Made by a program: the position numbers and the translations under genes
NCBI GenBank assembly: GCA_964016885.1
Contig: CAXHJY010000292.1
Span: 1 to 64,000 of the forward strand
Direction of reading: 5' to 3'
Source: Eledone cirrhosa
Lineage: Eukaryota
Length of the DNA: 64,000 nt
Shown here: one piece after another, positions 1 to 13,856 of the stretch
Position numbering within the stretch: position 1 is the stretch's first letter
Layout: every line of letters starts with the position of its first letter
Notes under the pieces: model-generated
The model's input: only the letters and a program-made list of their open reading frames with translations
What the model was told of the DNA's origin: nothing
The model's database searches: none

Positions 1-537
1 TTTAATTACACCCCACCCACCCACACACCTGCCACCACCAGAAAACCCCAAGCAAATTGCTGGTCTTGTGCCTAAATTAGAAATCAATTACTAAAGGAAT
101 GGCTGTAAGGTTAAAAATTTCACTTCACAACAACAACATGGTCTTAGGTTAAATTACACTGTAGGACAATTTGCACAAGTGCCTTCAACCATATACCATT
201 AATATGTATCAACCAATGCTTTAAGAGTGAATTTAGTAAATGGAAACTATAAGGAAGCCTGTCATGCATGTGTATGTGTGTGTATGAGAGAGAGAGAGAG
301 AAAGAGAGAGAGAGCATCTTTAGCAGAGAACGTTTTAGAATATTTGCCGGACCCCCTTTTTGCCTTACATTTGTTTGTATATCTTTGGCAAAACAAAGGA
401 AGGTTGGCATTTTAGAAGAATGGCATTAGTACAGATAATAGTTGGTGTTGAAATAACAAGAATGGCTTTTTTGGTTTATATACAAAGGTTTACTTCATTG
501 AAGTCAAAGAAAAGACAATAAACATATTACCACTAGT

Positions 538-839
538 TGTGAAGGTTGACGATGGAATGGTGTGGCTGGTTCATGAGGCTGTTGGTAGTAAAAAGATTTG
601 CTCTTAACATGTTCACTGGAGTAGGCTGGTATTTTCACTCAACGTGCCGTGGGGTGAAGGCTGAAATGGAGGAGGCGAAGTCGCCTCCGTTCTCCAGTGC
701 TGCTGCGGAGTGGAAAAGAGAGAGAGATAGAGCGCTCTCGCTGTCTCTATATATATAATCCCCATGGGGACATAACTCCATTTACTTCTGTTGTTGACAC
801 TCTCATGAGTTCTGGATTTCACGGCTAGGGGTCACTACA
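538..839 (-). mobile_element. Putative 3' LTR of a Gypsy/Ty3 retrotransposon
   Basis: ~300 bp bounded by TGT...ACA, TATA-like run at ~748-757, and directly downstream (minus strand) of the Gypsy pol remnant. Confidence 0.6.
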
Positions 840-2580
840 ATTTACTGTGGCTGAAGCTCCTGGGTGAGAAATGCTGTGCAAAGCAAGGAACACAATTCGA
901 CAGTGAGTCTCTGGGAACATAGGGTCGTGGTGAATCCATAGATATGTCACAGAGGATCTGCCTGTCGGTAGTCGACAAGGGCAGATATTTCAGGTTGCAA
1001 GTCGTAAATTCGGCCTGATTGAGTATCCAACAATTCGAGTGCAGGTTGGTCTGCTGCCCAACGACTTAAATCTATCTCCTGGGATGACGAAATCGAGCTG
1101 ATTGGCAAGCGTGACAAGGCGTCTGCAGCTGTGTTTAATGAGCCAGCAATGTGCTGTATATCCTTTGTAAACTGCGAAATGTAATCAAGGTGTCTTGTCT
1201 CTCTGGGTGAATATTTGTCAGCTTTAGCCCTCAAAGTGAAGGTCAGAGGTTTGTGGTCAGTGAAAACTGGTAAAATTTCTTCCCTCAAGAATATGAGAAA
1301 AATGTTTCAACGACAGATATATGGCTAATAACTCCCGACCAAACGTGCTGTAATGAGTTTCTGCTGGTTTCAGATTCCTGCAGAAAAATGCCAAAGGTTG
1401 TTGGTTTCCAGTGTTATACTGTTGTAAAACTGCTCCCACAGCAGTATCAGATGCATCAACACAAAGCGAAAGCTTGGCCTCTGGTACTGGGTGGGCTAGC
1501 AAAGATGAATTAGCAAGTGCTGTCTTGGCAGTCTGGAAATCTTCGAGTTGTCCTTGTGTCAAGGAAATATCCTCATTCTTCTTATGAGGATTTTTCAAAA
1601 TCTCGGTAAGGGAAAACAGTAATTTTGCACATTGAGGAACGAAACGTCTATAAAAATTGATTAGGCCTAAGAAGTGACGCAACTGGTGAAGTGTAGTAGG
1701 CGGAGGTAAATCCTGTATAGCCTTAACTCGCTGTGGAAGGGGTCAAATACCCTCGGCGTCGATGATGTGACCTAAAAAAATCAGTGAAGCAGATCCGAAA
1801 ACACACTTCATTCGAACGCGGTAATCGTGGAGTCGGCGAAATAAAAGGTTCAGGTGACGCATATGCTCTTCTGGAGAGGAACTAGCGATGAGAAGATCAT
1901 CTATATATGCATAAACGAAGTCCAGACCATGAGTGACCTAGTCTATGAACCGCTGAAAAGTGCTAGCGGCATTCCTGAGTCCGAAAGGCATGGTCAAAAA
2001 ACTCGAAGAATCCGAAAGGAGTCGTAATAGCTGTTTTCGGAATGTCTTCGTTCCTGACCGGAATTTGGTAGTAAGCTCGCACTAAATCGAGTTTGGAGAA
2101 AATCTTACAACCCTGCAACGAAGATGCGAAATCCTGGAGATGGGGAATCGGATATCTATCCGGGACGGTCATCGCGTTTAACCTCCTATAATCCCCAGTG
2201 GGTCTCCAGTCACCAGAAGTCTTGGGCCCCATATGTAACGGTGAAGCCCAAGGACTTGTAGATGGGCGAATAATGCCCAGCTGCAGTATATGGTCGAACT
2301 CGGACTGTGCTGCCTTTAACTTGTCCACTGGTAAACATGACGTGGACATGAAAATACTGGAGCACCGGTTGTGGAAATAAAATGTTCCGTTGAGTGAGTT
2401 GACTCAGTAACTCGAAAATTTCCATCGGTGAGCTCCGGGAGTGATCCTAATAATGAATGGTAGGCGTCTCCAATGGCAGTGATGAAGAATATTGGGCTGA
2501 TCATGGGAGCATTGGCTTTTCAGCCACGAATTGAGAAACCAGTGATGTCATCCACAAGGCGTTGGCCTCGGACATTCACA
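840..2580 (-). pseudogene. Gypsy/Ty3 pol remnant (protease end, RT, RNase H, start of integrase) with frameshifts and stops
   Basis: ORF pieces [49 protein letters not shown]; AYIDDLLIAS at ~1880-1915; FLGLINFYRRF, VDASD, ELLAIY, TDHKPL, ADALSR; LHSISHPG integrase start at ~860-885. Confidence 0.92.
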
Positions 2581-3805
2581 GCATCAAGAAGGGCATCCAG
2601 CCAAAGAATTCTGCCTCAAAAGATCTTGTCTAACCAATGCTACTGATGATGATGATGATAATGATGTTAAACAAAATTTCTTGTAGAATTTAATAACATC
2701 TTGTTACATTTCTGCCAGATGTCAACTTTACTGGCCAGTCTTCTGGGGTTGATAAATAAATACCACTCATATACTGGAGTCGATTTAATTGATTATATCA
2801 CTCCCACCAAAATGTGTGACCTTATGTCAATTTAAGTAAACATGAAATACTGAAGTAATTATACAAAAACAACAAAAATTATTCCTTTAGAAATGATAAG
2901 GAAATCAAAATATAAAGGAAATAATTTTTGTTGTAACAAGATTTATTTGTTGAAGCCAAAACTATTTGATAAATTAGATATATCATGAACTGAGATAATT
3001 TATTATATAGTTAATCTAACTTAAAGAATAGAGTGGGAAAATCAATATAACTGCTTGACAGATAGTGTAAATAAATCCTTCAAAATCATCATAATTCTCT
3101 TCTTTATCCTGACTCTGATTCATATTACAGTGACTGTTAGTGACAAAACAATTCCCTCCTCAACTGAATATAATCCACACCACCAATCACTTCTCAGAAG
3201 TTTTATTTGATTAGTCTATCAAAGAGAGTCTGTGACCATGCTGGTAGGCTTTCTAGAACCTAGAGGTCTACTTGATCAGAGACTATCTGGGTGTCATGTT
3301 ACATTAAGCCACCCAGTCAAAATTTTAACGCCTCAGCTGCTGAAAGGACTGGAGCAACATAAAATGAAATGCATTGCTCAAAGACACAATGCAGAGAAAA
3401 ATAATAATTATAGGCTATCATAGATAGGCAGAAGTAAAGAAAAGCTATTTGCATTAGTAAACAAACTCATTCCTTCTCATTTCTTATCGTAAAACTGTTT
3501 TTTTCCCCACATCATAGCAACAGCAGCACCAACTTTACCTAAACTGTCACTGGATGTTTTCATTTGTGCATTTTGGAATATGTGGGCATGCTTCAGAGAG
3601 TGTGCATAATGTGAAATATAACCTCACACCACTCCACCAGCAGTCTATTAACTAAATCCTCCAATATTCTTCTGCTTTTAATAATTTAAGGTCTTAGCTA
3701 TTCTGTATGTCTGAAGAGACTATTTTTACACATAACATTAACTGAAGTTTTTACTATGTGAAATTACTGTGGTTAAATTTGGTCGATGGAAATTACAGAA
3801 GCTTG

Positions 3806-3846
<41 letters not shown>

Positions 3847-3883
3847 TGCATATATGCACACACACACACATGCACACATACTC

Positions 3884-5050
3884 TATCATTATCATTTAAC
3901 GTGTATTTTTCCATGCTTGCATGGGTTAGATGGGTTATCATATTATGAGATTAGTCAGGTCAGGAGACTGTATCATACTCATATGGATACTGATTTGTAT
4001 TTTGGCTTGGTTTCTATGGCTGGATGCTTTTTCTAACACCAACAACATTACAGTGTTGACTGGATGCTATTTATAGTGGCATCGAAATGGCCACCTTCCA
4101 GTATGAACTGAGTGCTTTTTGTTGTCACCAGCATGACCCCCTTACTGTTTGGACTAGGTGCTGTTTCTTGTGTTACCAACATATGACCACCTTACAGGAT
4201 GGACTGGGTACTTTTGTTTTTGTAGCACCATATCAGCATACAGGGTAGACTTTGTTTTTTTTGCCATGGCAACAGCATTGTGGGAAACAAGATGTTGAGC
4301 ATGACCTGCTTCCATGAGCTGGGCAGGTGAGGTGTATCAGGGCTGGGGATGGAGGGCAAGTAAGCAAGTTCGACATTGATTAGGATCATGTGATATTTAG
4401 CAAGTGTATGGTGCATGAGATATTTAACAGGTAATAGTGGGGTATTAAGATGATGGAAGAGTGGATAGGGGAGAGTGTTTGTGCAGACTAGTGTGTCCTC
4501 TACATGTTTATTTTATTTCATTTTGTGCCCATGAGAAGGCATTTCTTCTCCAGTATGGCATGTTGCAAGAGATCTCGATCCTGTGCCATCTCCTTTGAGA
4601 TGTTTAATTGGGCAAGATCAGCTTTCGTTACTTCACATCAAATTTTCCTGGGTCTTTTTCTTCCATAGCTACCATCGACTGAGTGCCTTGCTCCTTTTCA
4701 TCCTCCATACGCATTACATATCAAAACCATCACAATCTCTTCACCGGTACACTACATCTTACACCTTTTGTGTCTAGTTTCTCAGTTTATTAATGCTTTG
4801 TCATTCATGCACACTACTATTACACATCAATCAGAGCATGTAAGATTCATTTCCTTCCCTTGCACATATTGCTCAGGTTTCACTTCCATGCAGTGCAACT
4901 GTTCATACACAAGCTTCATACAATCTGCCCTTCATTTGGAGAGAAGCTCCCTGAACATTTTCCATCCCATTCTCACTCTGACAACTATACTTTCAGAACA
5001 CCCTCATCAACTGCTAATTTGGTTCACTAGGTAACAGAATCTATTGACAT
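3884..5050 (-). mobile_element. Degenerate RTE LINE 3' remnant
   Basis: Decayed similarity to the younger RTE copies: (ATC)n tail, ggctggatgc 3' UTR motif, cactctgacaactatactttcagaacaccc = GCSESIVVRV. Confidence 0.7.
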
Positions 5051-5629
5051 TATATATATATATATATATTCTGTTGAATCCATGCTAGTATGAAAAAATG
5101 GGTGTTATATGATGATAACGGAAATATATGTGGTGTGCCTATGTTTATGTCTTTGTCTGTGTTTATGTCCTATAAGCAGTTAAAAAAAAGAGATCAATAA
5201 TATATACTAGAGTAGATATGACCCCTTCAAGGCAGTACCTCAGCATCACTACTGTCAAATGACTAAAACTAGTTAAAGAGTAACAGCTAACATTTACAGA
5301 TGCCAAAACTAACCACATTCTTGCCAAATTATAAATTATAGGCCATATATATATATATATATATATATTGCTAATATTCTGTTACAAGCTATAATGATGC
5401 CTCATAAGGAAATACATTAACAGGCGTTTGTTTCCCTAATATTTGATGGATCATTTCCTTCAGCAACACACAATACATAAAATTATGTGAACATGTCTAA
5501 ATTACAAATACTGCACAGGAAATAAATATTTTCAGTTTTAACACAATTAAAACTGGTTAGTTTCCAGAGAGTTTATGTAGCTCATGTTAAATGTAACTGG
5601 CAAAAGTCCTAAAACTGCCTTATATATAT

Positions 5630-7071
5630 ATCATCATCATCGTTTAACGTCCATCTTCCACGCTAGCATGGGTTTGGACAGTAATTTTCCCACTTGAGGC
5701 AAGATTGGTTGTCTGGCTCGTATAGGACTGTCTGGCGGGTTTTCTATGGCTGGATGCCCTTCCTAACACCAACCACGTTTCCAGTGTGGACTGGGAGGTT
5801 TTTACCGTGTTACCTACACGGCCACATTACAGCGTGGGCTGTGTGTTTTTTTTTGTTGTGACACCTACACGACCTCATTTATTTAGGACGTGTGGTACCA
5901 ACATAACTTTACATCGAAAAGGGGTGGTGTGGATGGGGTGGGGGTAGTGATACGGGGGTGTATTTTGGTAAGAGGTGTAGGTTTGCTTTGCACTTAGGCA
6001 AGGCGGGTCTTCTGTATTATTGCGTAGCGCCAAAGATCTCGGTCCAGTGACATTGTCTTGGAGAGGTGTAAGTGTGTGAGGTCGAAATTTATCAAGTTGT
6101 CCCAGGTTTTTCTGGGTCTGCCTACTCCGTGGCTACCATCTATTTTGATCGCCCAGCCACTTTTTTATACAGCGGTCGTCTTTCATGCGCATCACGTGAC
6201 CATACCAATGTAGTCTTCTCTCGAGTAAACAGCATCTGATCCCTCTTATTCCTAATTTCTCACTTAGTTCATGTATGCTTTGCCGTTCACGTATATTACT
6301 ATTACACATCCAACGGAGCATGCAAGCTTCGTTCCTCTCCAGTCTGCGTAGATCCTCTGCATGTAAGCCCAAGTCTCACTACCATGTAACATTGCTGTTC
6401 GTATGCAGGTATCATACAGCCTGCCTTTCCTTTTTAGAGAGAAACCTTTAGCGGCCAATAGTGGTATAAGCTCTCTGAACTTTTTCCATCCCATTCTGAC
6501 TTTAGCTACTGTACTTTCAGAGCACCCTCCCCCACTGCTGATTTTGTCACCCAGGTAATGGAAGGTATCCACTATTTCTATAGAACCATCTGTGCAATGG
6601 AATGGGCTAGTATTCTGTGGGCACTTGCTGCTACTTAATGCACCTGAGCACTGGCCACATATAAAATTTATATTCTTAGTTAGCTTACCTGTGATCCCAC
6701 TACATCTTTTATGCACCCATACTTTGCATTTGGGACATAAAATGGAGTTTCTGCCTATTCCTTTCCTACACACTGAGCATGGCCATTTCCCAGATGGGAC
6801 CAGTGCCCTATTTTCCTTCCTATATACTAGCACTTTAGTCTTAGACAGACAGGTTAATTTTAAGACCTTTTGATTCTAGGCTATGCTTCCATGTTTGGAA
6901 TTTCTTCTCTAGTTCAGCCATTGATTCAGCTATAAGTGTTAGATCATCAGCGTATAGGAGTTCCCATGGGCAGCCGGTCTTGAATTCCTGTTATAGCCTG
7001 AAGGGCAATAATAAATAGGAGGGGTCTAAGGACATAGGCCCTGATGAACACCAACTTTTACGCTAAACTCT

Positions 7072-7076
<5 letters not shown>
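5630..7076 (-). mobile_element. 5'-truncated RTE-clade LINE (subfamily A2), frameshifted
   Basis: LLYADD at ~6940-6960, PHD-like Cys cluster, [33 protein letters not shown]; 3' UTR ends ggacgttaaacg(ATG)n; flanked by (TA)n. Confidence 0.92.
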
Positions 7077-7130
<54 letters not shown>

Positions 7131-7131
<1 letters not shown>

Positions 7132-7478
7132 GGAGGCACATGGCTTAGTGGTTAGAGCATTGGTCTTGCAATCGAAAGGTTGTGAGTCCAATTCTCAGAC
7201 CGGGTGATGTGTTGTTTCCTTGAGCAAGACACTTTATTTCACATTGCTCCAGTTTACTCAGCTGTAGAAATGAGATGATAGGGATTGAGGTCCCAGTCCC
7301 TATCATTCCACTGCAAAGAGGTCGTGGAGGTGCCACGGCAAAAAAGCACCCAACACTCACTGTAAATGAGGTTGGTGTTAGGAAGGGCATCCAGCTGTAG
7401 AAATCAAGCCAGAATCAGTTCCTGTCCCACCCTTGCAAGCAGGGAAAAGCGGACGTAAAATGAAATGAAATGATGAAT
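7131..7478 (+). mobile_element. tRNA-derived SINE with CORE-like segment and RTE-derived tail
   Basis: A box tggcttagtgg, B box gagtccaattc, CORE-like ccttgagcaagacacttt; 3' half matches RTE 3' ends elsewhere in the window. Confidence 0.8.
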
Positions 7479-7552
7479 GATAACGAAGCAAATGTGGTAA
7501 GGAACCAGATGAACCATAACGCACCAAGGTACTCAATACTTACTTACTTGTT

Positions 7553-7589
<37 letters not shown>

Positions 7590-9099
7590 TCTTCAATGAA
7601 TACAGTTATAAGAGATAACCAAGACTACAGGGAGAATAAATATTTTAAAAGATTTTCGTTGCCTTATCATAACAGAAAAATAAGTGCACAGATGTTGTGT
7701 GTGTGTGTGTGTACACACACACACAATGTTTTGAGCATATGATTCAGTACATTGCTAGCTACATGAATTAACTAATTTCATGCTACTGGCTCACTTCTAT
7801 TATTTCCCCCCAACCCACATTGTAATTATGCCAATTATACTGATTCAAATATTTGTCCACTGTTCAAAGCAGGCTTGATAAACTGCTTTGCTGAAGAGAT
7901 TTAATAAGTATAAAACATGTCCTTACCTACCAACTTGTGTGTTGACATACATCAGATTTTTCTCCCTAAGCATAAAATTCAAACTTTGGGGGAAATTATC
8001 CTTTAATTTCTTGGTCTTATATCCCCTTTAAGAATTGCTACTGGGTTTATGTTTTCCTTCTCCAACTAAAGGGCAAATTTCAATCTATGTAAAATAATTT
8101 GTATATGTTATTTAGTATATTATCTATATGAAGTATCTAAATCAGAAGTTCCCAAGCAATGGTTGCTTCTTGAGCCTTGGGCATCTGTGACCTAAATTCC
8201 TCATTTCGAGTACTTTGTTAAAAATATTACATACATATGCTATTGGGTATCCTTTCTTTTCTAATATAAATATATATTTTTCTATTGTTATTCTCACTCT
8301 CTATTTGGGGCTAGAATAATTGTAGTGTGGGTGGGAAGGAGATGAAAATTCATTTAAACTTGGGGTTATGGAGTCACATGTGGCTATTTAACCTACTCAA
8401 GTAGCTCTTAAATGCTCTGAACCTTTTATTTCTTATATTATTAATTTTGTCATCTTGTATTAAAATAAAAGTCACAATTTATAACTGAGACATAGAAGAA
8501 ATTTCAGATAAGATTCAAAACCAAAACCACACTGAGTAAGAGAAAGGTAAGCTAAATTCATGTTTCATTGTAAGTAGTTTTATTTATGATAAATTATGCA
8601 ACTAATAGCTCTTCAGATTGAAAACTTTCCACACCCATATTCTAAATAAAAAAGAAATCACTTATCTAAATTTATACATGTGTTATTTCCCTTAACTTTT
8701 TTTTTTCTTTTTGTAATTATAACAGTTTGGGTAATGGTTGCATGTCAAGCTAACTTGTCAAAAGAGCTTCCATCCACCCTCAAACAGCTGACAACCTTGA
8801 AGTGAAGGACTGTGTTCAATCCATCTTATCAGTTAGTGGATATTAAATTGATAGTGATACTTTATATGATGGAGTTATTTATTCTGAAGTTAACCAATAT
8901 CACTTGATATTAATAAAAATTGGGTTTCAAAGCAGCAATATTATTGCAAAATAAATCACAGAGGAAAATTCCAAAGAGATAATATTACTGGAAGTTCTTG
9001 GCTATCATATCACATATTAGCTGTTTTTTTTATATCGTTTGCAGCCCCTTTTTTTAAAGGCAATACTGGAGAGATTTAAAGCTAAGTCAAGATAGTCAA

Positions 9100-9160
<61 letters not shown>

Positions 9161-9490
9161 TTGAAAGGGACAAGGCTGCATGGATACATTCCATAAAAAG
9201 TAGATCTGTAAAATGATAGGTAATGGTTTGAGTGAGATGTGATGAAATATGAGAAAGGTTAAACTGCTATTTCTAGTAAGCAAATCAATTAATTTGAGGC
9301 CTCATTATATTCTACTGATACTAGACTTCATCACCACTATCACCCCCACACATCATTATCATCACCGTTTTTATGCTCATTCCTCCATGCTAGCATGAGC
9401 TAGATAAAACATTTTGAAGCATTGTCTTGTCCTTTCTAGTGCTAGCCCATTTAGTTACTTCTAAAAAAATATCAGATGCAAAGAGAGGAG

Positions 9491-9542
<52 letters not shown>

Positions 9543-9544
<2 letters not shown>

Positions 9545-9746
9545 ATTGTTTCTACTTTCGGCACGAGGCCAGCAATTGCACGAGGCCAGCAATTACCCAT
9601 ACATTACTGGTACTTTATTTTATCGACCCCGTAAGGATGAAAGGCAAAGTTGACCTCGGCGGGGTTTGAACTCAGAATGGAAAGGGCCGTAACTCTATGT
9701 GTCAAAGCATGGTGTCCGACTCTCTACCGATACTGCCAATCCACCA
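9543..9746 (-). mobile_element. tRNA-derived SINE (Meta-domain-like core gcctttcatcct..ggggtcgataaaataaagtaccag)
   Basis: B box gagttcaaacc on the minus strand, conserved core, and the same family as the 11-14.5 kb copies. Confidence 0.85.
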
Positions 9747-10730
9747 TATATAATGAGCATCATACAGTTTCTCTCTGCTAAATTCAGGACATAGTAAAAA
9801 AACATTTTCTTAAGGTACTATGCAGTTTGATAGAACTTCCATAACCATATAGCTGTAAAACAAAGTTTGTTAACCACACAGCCATGTTTGCAACCTATCA
9901 ATGACAAATTTCGCTGGGTAGATAAGAGATTGCATGAAAGATAATTTCCTATATCATAAGTTAAAGAATGGACACAAATAACAGATATATACCACTAATC
10001 ATTACAAGCAGAACTCTATGCAGAATCCAAATAGAAAATTCCAAATATTTTTTCTATGACTGCAATAGAAATTACAGAAACTGTTTTGAAAACATTATTA
10101 GCCTCAATAAATCAGATATTCAAAATTTAATTCTATTCATGCTTTATTGGCAACTTAAATGAAGGAACCTAACAAATCATGCTGAATAGGAGTAGTAGAA
10201 ATAAGTGAACCTTTCAAGGTTTTATAAAAAAAAAAACCCATAAAAAATAACAAAAATAAACAAAAGGGAGAATAAATTGAAATAAATTGATTATTTTGGA
10301 GAAGCCTACAGCTGAAAAGAAGGGTTTTTACCATCAGAGAGTTATCGGGGGAAAAAAATTAAATAAAAGTGAATTTTAGATTTATTGAATGAAGAAGAGT
10401 AAGGTTTACAATCTCCACCAAATAATCAAAAAAAGAAACAGCATATGGCAAAATGAGCCATGCCTTAATAAGACAGGTGTAAGTAATTGGCATCTGATGC
10501 TGATTTTTTGTTTTATATATATTTCCTTTATTGCTTTCCTCTACTAAAAAACATTGGAAGCATTCACAGTTCACTAGATTCACTAGATTCACTGTAAATA
10601 GCTAGGAAATGGCAAACAGAAAAGCTGGTGTTAGCTGAAACTATGACTTGACAAAAACTATCAATAACAACAATATATTTACATGTATGTGTGTGTGTGT
10701 GTACATATATATGTGTGTGTGCATGTGTAC

Positions 10731-10765
<35 letters not shown>

Positions 10766-10792
10766 AGTATGTGTACATATATGTGTAAGAGC

Positions 10793-10823
<31 letters not shown>

Positions 10824-11160
10824 TAAACATATGCACACACACAAATATATGTAAACATATTGGCCCAAAAGTAAGAGTACTGATGTTTTATTTAGGGAGG
10901 TTGTCTGTCAGACTTGACTGAAAGGAACTCTCTCCCCTATGTTGTTTGTGTATGCATGTGCTTATATATATAAATGTCAGTGTGTGTGTGTGTGTGTGTG
11001 AGAGAGACAGAGAAGATGTGAAATGATACAAATTATGAAATAATACAAAATTACAAATTTGCCAAAGTACCATCATTTAATTGTAAATATTAATAAAAAT
11101 TCTGAGCAGTAACTAGGAATTCTCTAATGTATACTGGTGCACCCCTTGATATTATTATTA

Positions 11161-11553
11161 TGGCAGTATCGGTAGAGGGTCGGACACCATGCTTTGCAGC
11201 AAAGAGTTACGGCCCTTTATGGTCTGAGTTCAAATCCCGCCGAGGTTAACTTTGCCTTTCATCCTTATGGGGTCGATAAAATAAAATACCAGTAATACAC
11301 TGAGATAATTGCTGGCCTTGTGCCAAAAGTAGAAACATTATTATTAATATTGGATTGGCAGTAGAATGTCAGGCACCCTGCTTTGCGGCATAGAGTTACA
11401 GCCTTTTACGTTTTGAGTTCAAATCTCGCCGAGGTTAGCTTTGCCTTTCATCCTTACAGGGTCAATAATATAAAGTACCAGTAATGCACTGGGGTCGATT
11501 TAATTGACTTCCTCCTCCCCTAAAATTATTGGCCTTGTGCCTAAAGTAGAAAC
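11161..11553 (+). mobile_element. Two tandem SINE copies (short variant then long variant)
   Basis: Each has B box gagttcaaatc and the core gcctttcatcctta..ggggtc.ataa; (ATT)n spacer between them. Confidence 0.85.
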
Positions 11554-11889
11554 AATTATTACTATCATCATCACTATGCAACAACCACCAACACTATCCT
11601 TATAATTATTATCATTACCATATGCACTGTATTTTTCAATTTTATCTTCCCTTGTTTTGTTTATAATTTGTCCATGTGTTGCTCCTAATATTTTGAGCCA
11701 TTGCGGCCAAATAAAAGAACTCAGCATCAACATCTGTTTTTGTGGGTTTTAAACACTCTCTTGCCAATACCCGAGATCTGGGGCAATAGAATGTCAGGGA
11801 ATAGTAGCTTTCAGTTATTATAAGAGCTGACATAAAAGTATATTAGTTACAAGAAATATATGCATTGTACATAAACTTAGTGTTGAATG

Positions 11890-12091
11890 TACGAGGGTTG
11901 GCAAAAATGTTCCTAGGCTGACCAAGATACTCTCATGAAATGACCAAATGAGTTTTATTCTTCAACATAGTCCCTGAAAAGAAACAACACTGTTATTGAT
12001 AAAAAGAGTTGAAATTAATGCCTGCATGATTCCACAGCACTAACATCACTCCTTCATAGTCAACCTATGAAATTTTCATCCTACCCTTGTA
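11890..12091. mobile_element. Tc1/mariner-type MITE with TA target duplication
   Basis: TA-cgagggttggcaaaaatgttcctaggctgac ... gtcaacctatgaaattttcatcctacccttg-TA: imperfect ~31-bp TIRs. Confidence 0.8.
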
Positions 12092-12173
12092 TATGAAGTA
12101 TAGAGATCATCATCTTCTCCCTCCAAAATTACTGGCCTTGTGTCTAAGTTAAGAATCATTATTATTATTATTA

Positions 12174-12592
12174 TGAGGTGGATTGGCAGTATCGGTAGAG
12201 GGTCGGATGCTATTCTTTGACACATAGAGTTACGGCTCTTGCCATTCTGAGTTCGAATCCCGCTGAGGTTAACTTTGCCTTTCATCCTTACGGCGTCGAT
12301 AAAATAAAGTACCAGTAATGCACTGGGTAATTGCTGGCCTTGTGCCAAAAAGTAGAAACAATTATTATTATTATGAAGGCGGTGGATTGGCAGTATTGGT
12401 AGAGTGCCAGAGACCATGCTTCACAGCATAAAGTTACGGCCCTTTGTCCTCTGATTTTAAATCTTGCCAAAGCTAGCTTTCCCTTTCATCCTTACAGGGT
12501 TGATAAAATAAAGTACCAGTAAACACTGGAGTCAATTTAATCAACTTTCCCCTCCCCTTCAAATTGCTGGTCTTGTGTCTAAGTTAGGAATC
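12174..12592 (+). mobile_element. Two tandem SINE copies (short then long variant)
   Basis: Same family and arrangement as 11161-11553. Confidence 0.85.
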
Positions 12593-12939
12593 TATTATTA
12601 TTATTATGAATAAGTGGCATAAATAAGTGTGTTTTTATGACATACTAGCTAGCAAGATTCAATGTGTTTGGCATACAACTATTCAATCATCTGAAAATGT
12701 ATTATCAGTTCACAACGAATATTCATCTTTATGTATTAGCTTTATATTATTTTTATGTTGAAAAATATGCTATTGAATACTGCATATTAAAATAATAATA
12801 ATGATGATGATTATCATCATCATTGTAGTCATCATCCAGATCATGAACAACTTTCTCTTTCTCCTAGTCATCATCATCATTCTCATTATCACTATCCTCA
12901 TTAACACAACAATGACAAAAATGATGATTGATGATAATA

Positions 12940-13800
12940 ATGAATTTTTTAAAGGTCACAAAGGCCAAGACATTGGGGACAGTACAAGGAAAAATCAATA
13001 CAGAGTTGGGTTAATATCAAGTAAAGGAAAGGGAATATCATCGAAGAGAAAAGAGTAGGAACAACAATAATAGGAATTGTAATACATAATAGAAAACAAA
13101 TATCAACAAGAATAAGTTCTCCAATGGTGGGGGACTGCCCTTTAGGGTAATTCCATGATGAAACCCAACACAAAATCCCAGATTACTCTGTTGCCTCATG
13201 GACATTGGAAGTATCCACTCCTGGTTTCTTTCTACCTACTTAGAATAGTTTAGTTTGATTATGCCTGTTCAGCTTTGTCAATCTTGCCAATCTGACTCAT
13301 CTTTCATAAAACACACTAAAAGACAGCATCTCCTCTATTCTAACCTTTATCTTAAAGTAGAACTTGAAGTTGATAAAAGCTTGCCCAGAGTCTACCATAC
13401 AGCTTTCTTTGCCATAGCTTCCAGACAGAGGAAGATTTGCTGGGACTCTCTTCTACATGAAGGTGGCCATTCAATAGCAGTTGTTTGACACAAGCCCACA
13501 ACTCTGCAGTGCATGGTCACTGGGTGATAGCAGGCATAATGGTTTCATCAACCTTGGACAGGTTTGACTGATGGCACTAATGTGCCTGTATAACTTGTCT
13601 CAAACTGGTTGTGCTGCTCTACCATACCAAGAATTTTGTTCATAATCTCCAACCTGAAAATCCTCCAAAAGAGACTCTTTTTGTCAATACCCAGAGCCAC
13701 TCTCAGACTATCATCACTCATACCTGCCATTAACCCTCCATAGAAAGCAAGTGCTGTTTTCTACCTATCATGTTGTTTAGCTGGTAAAGTGCCACAAGCA
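12940..13800 (-). mobile_element. Possible degenerate L1/Tx1-type LINE 3' end
   Basis: Stop-riddled translation IFLCLEAMAKKAVW..LLSTSSSTLR followed by a T-rich 3' UTR and (ATT/ATC)n tail; family assignment is from recall only. Confidence 0.4.
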
Positions 13801-13856
13801 CCAAGCAACACACTAGAATCAATGAATAAGCAATGATTATGATGATGGTGATAATA

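Noticed and set aside
7131-7205. tRNA gene
   Set aside because: A/B boxes belong to a SINE head; no complete cloverleaf.
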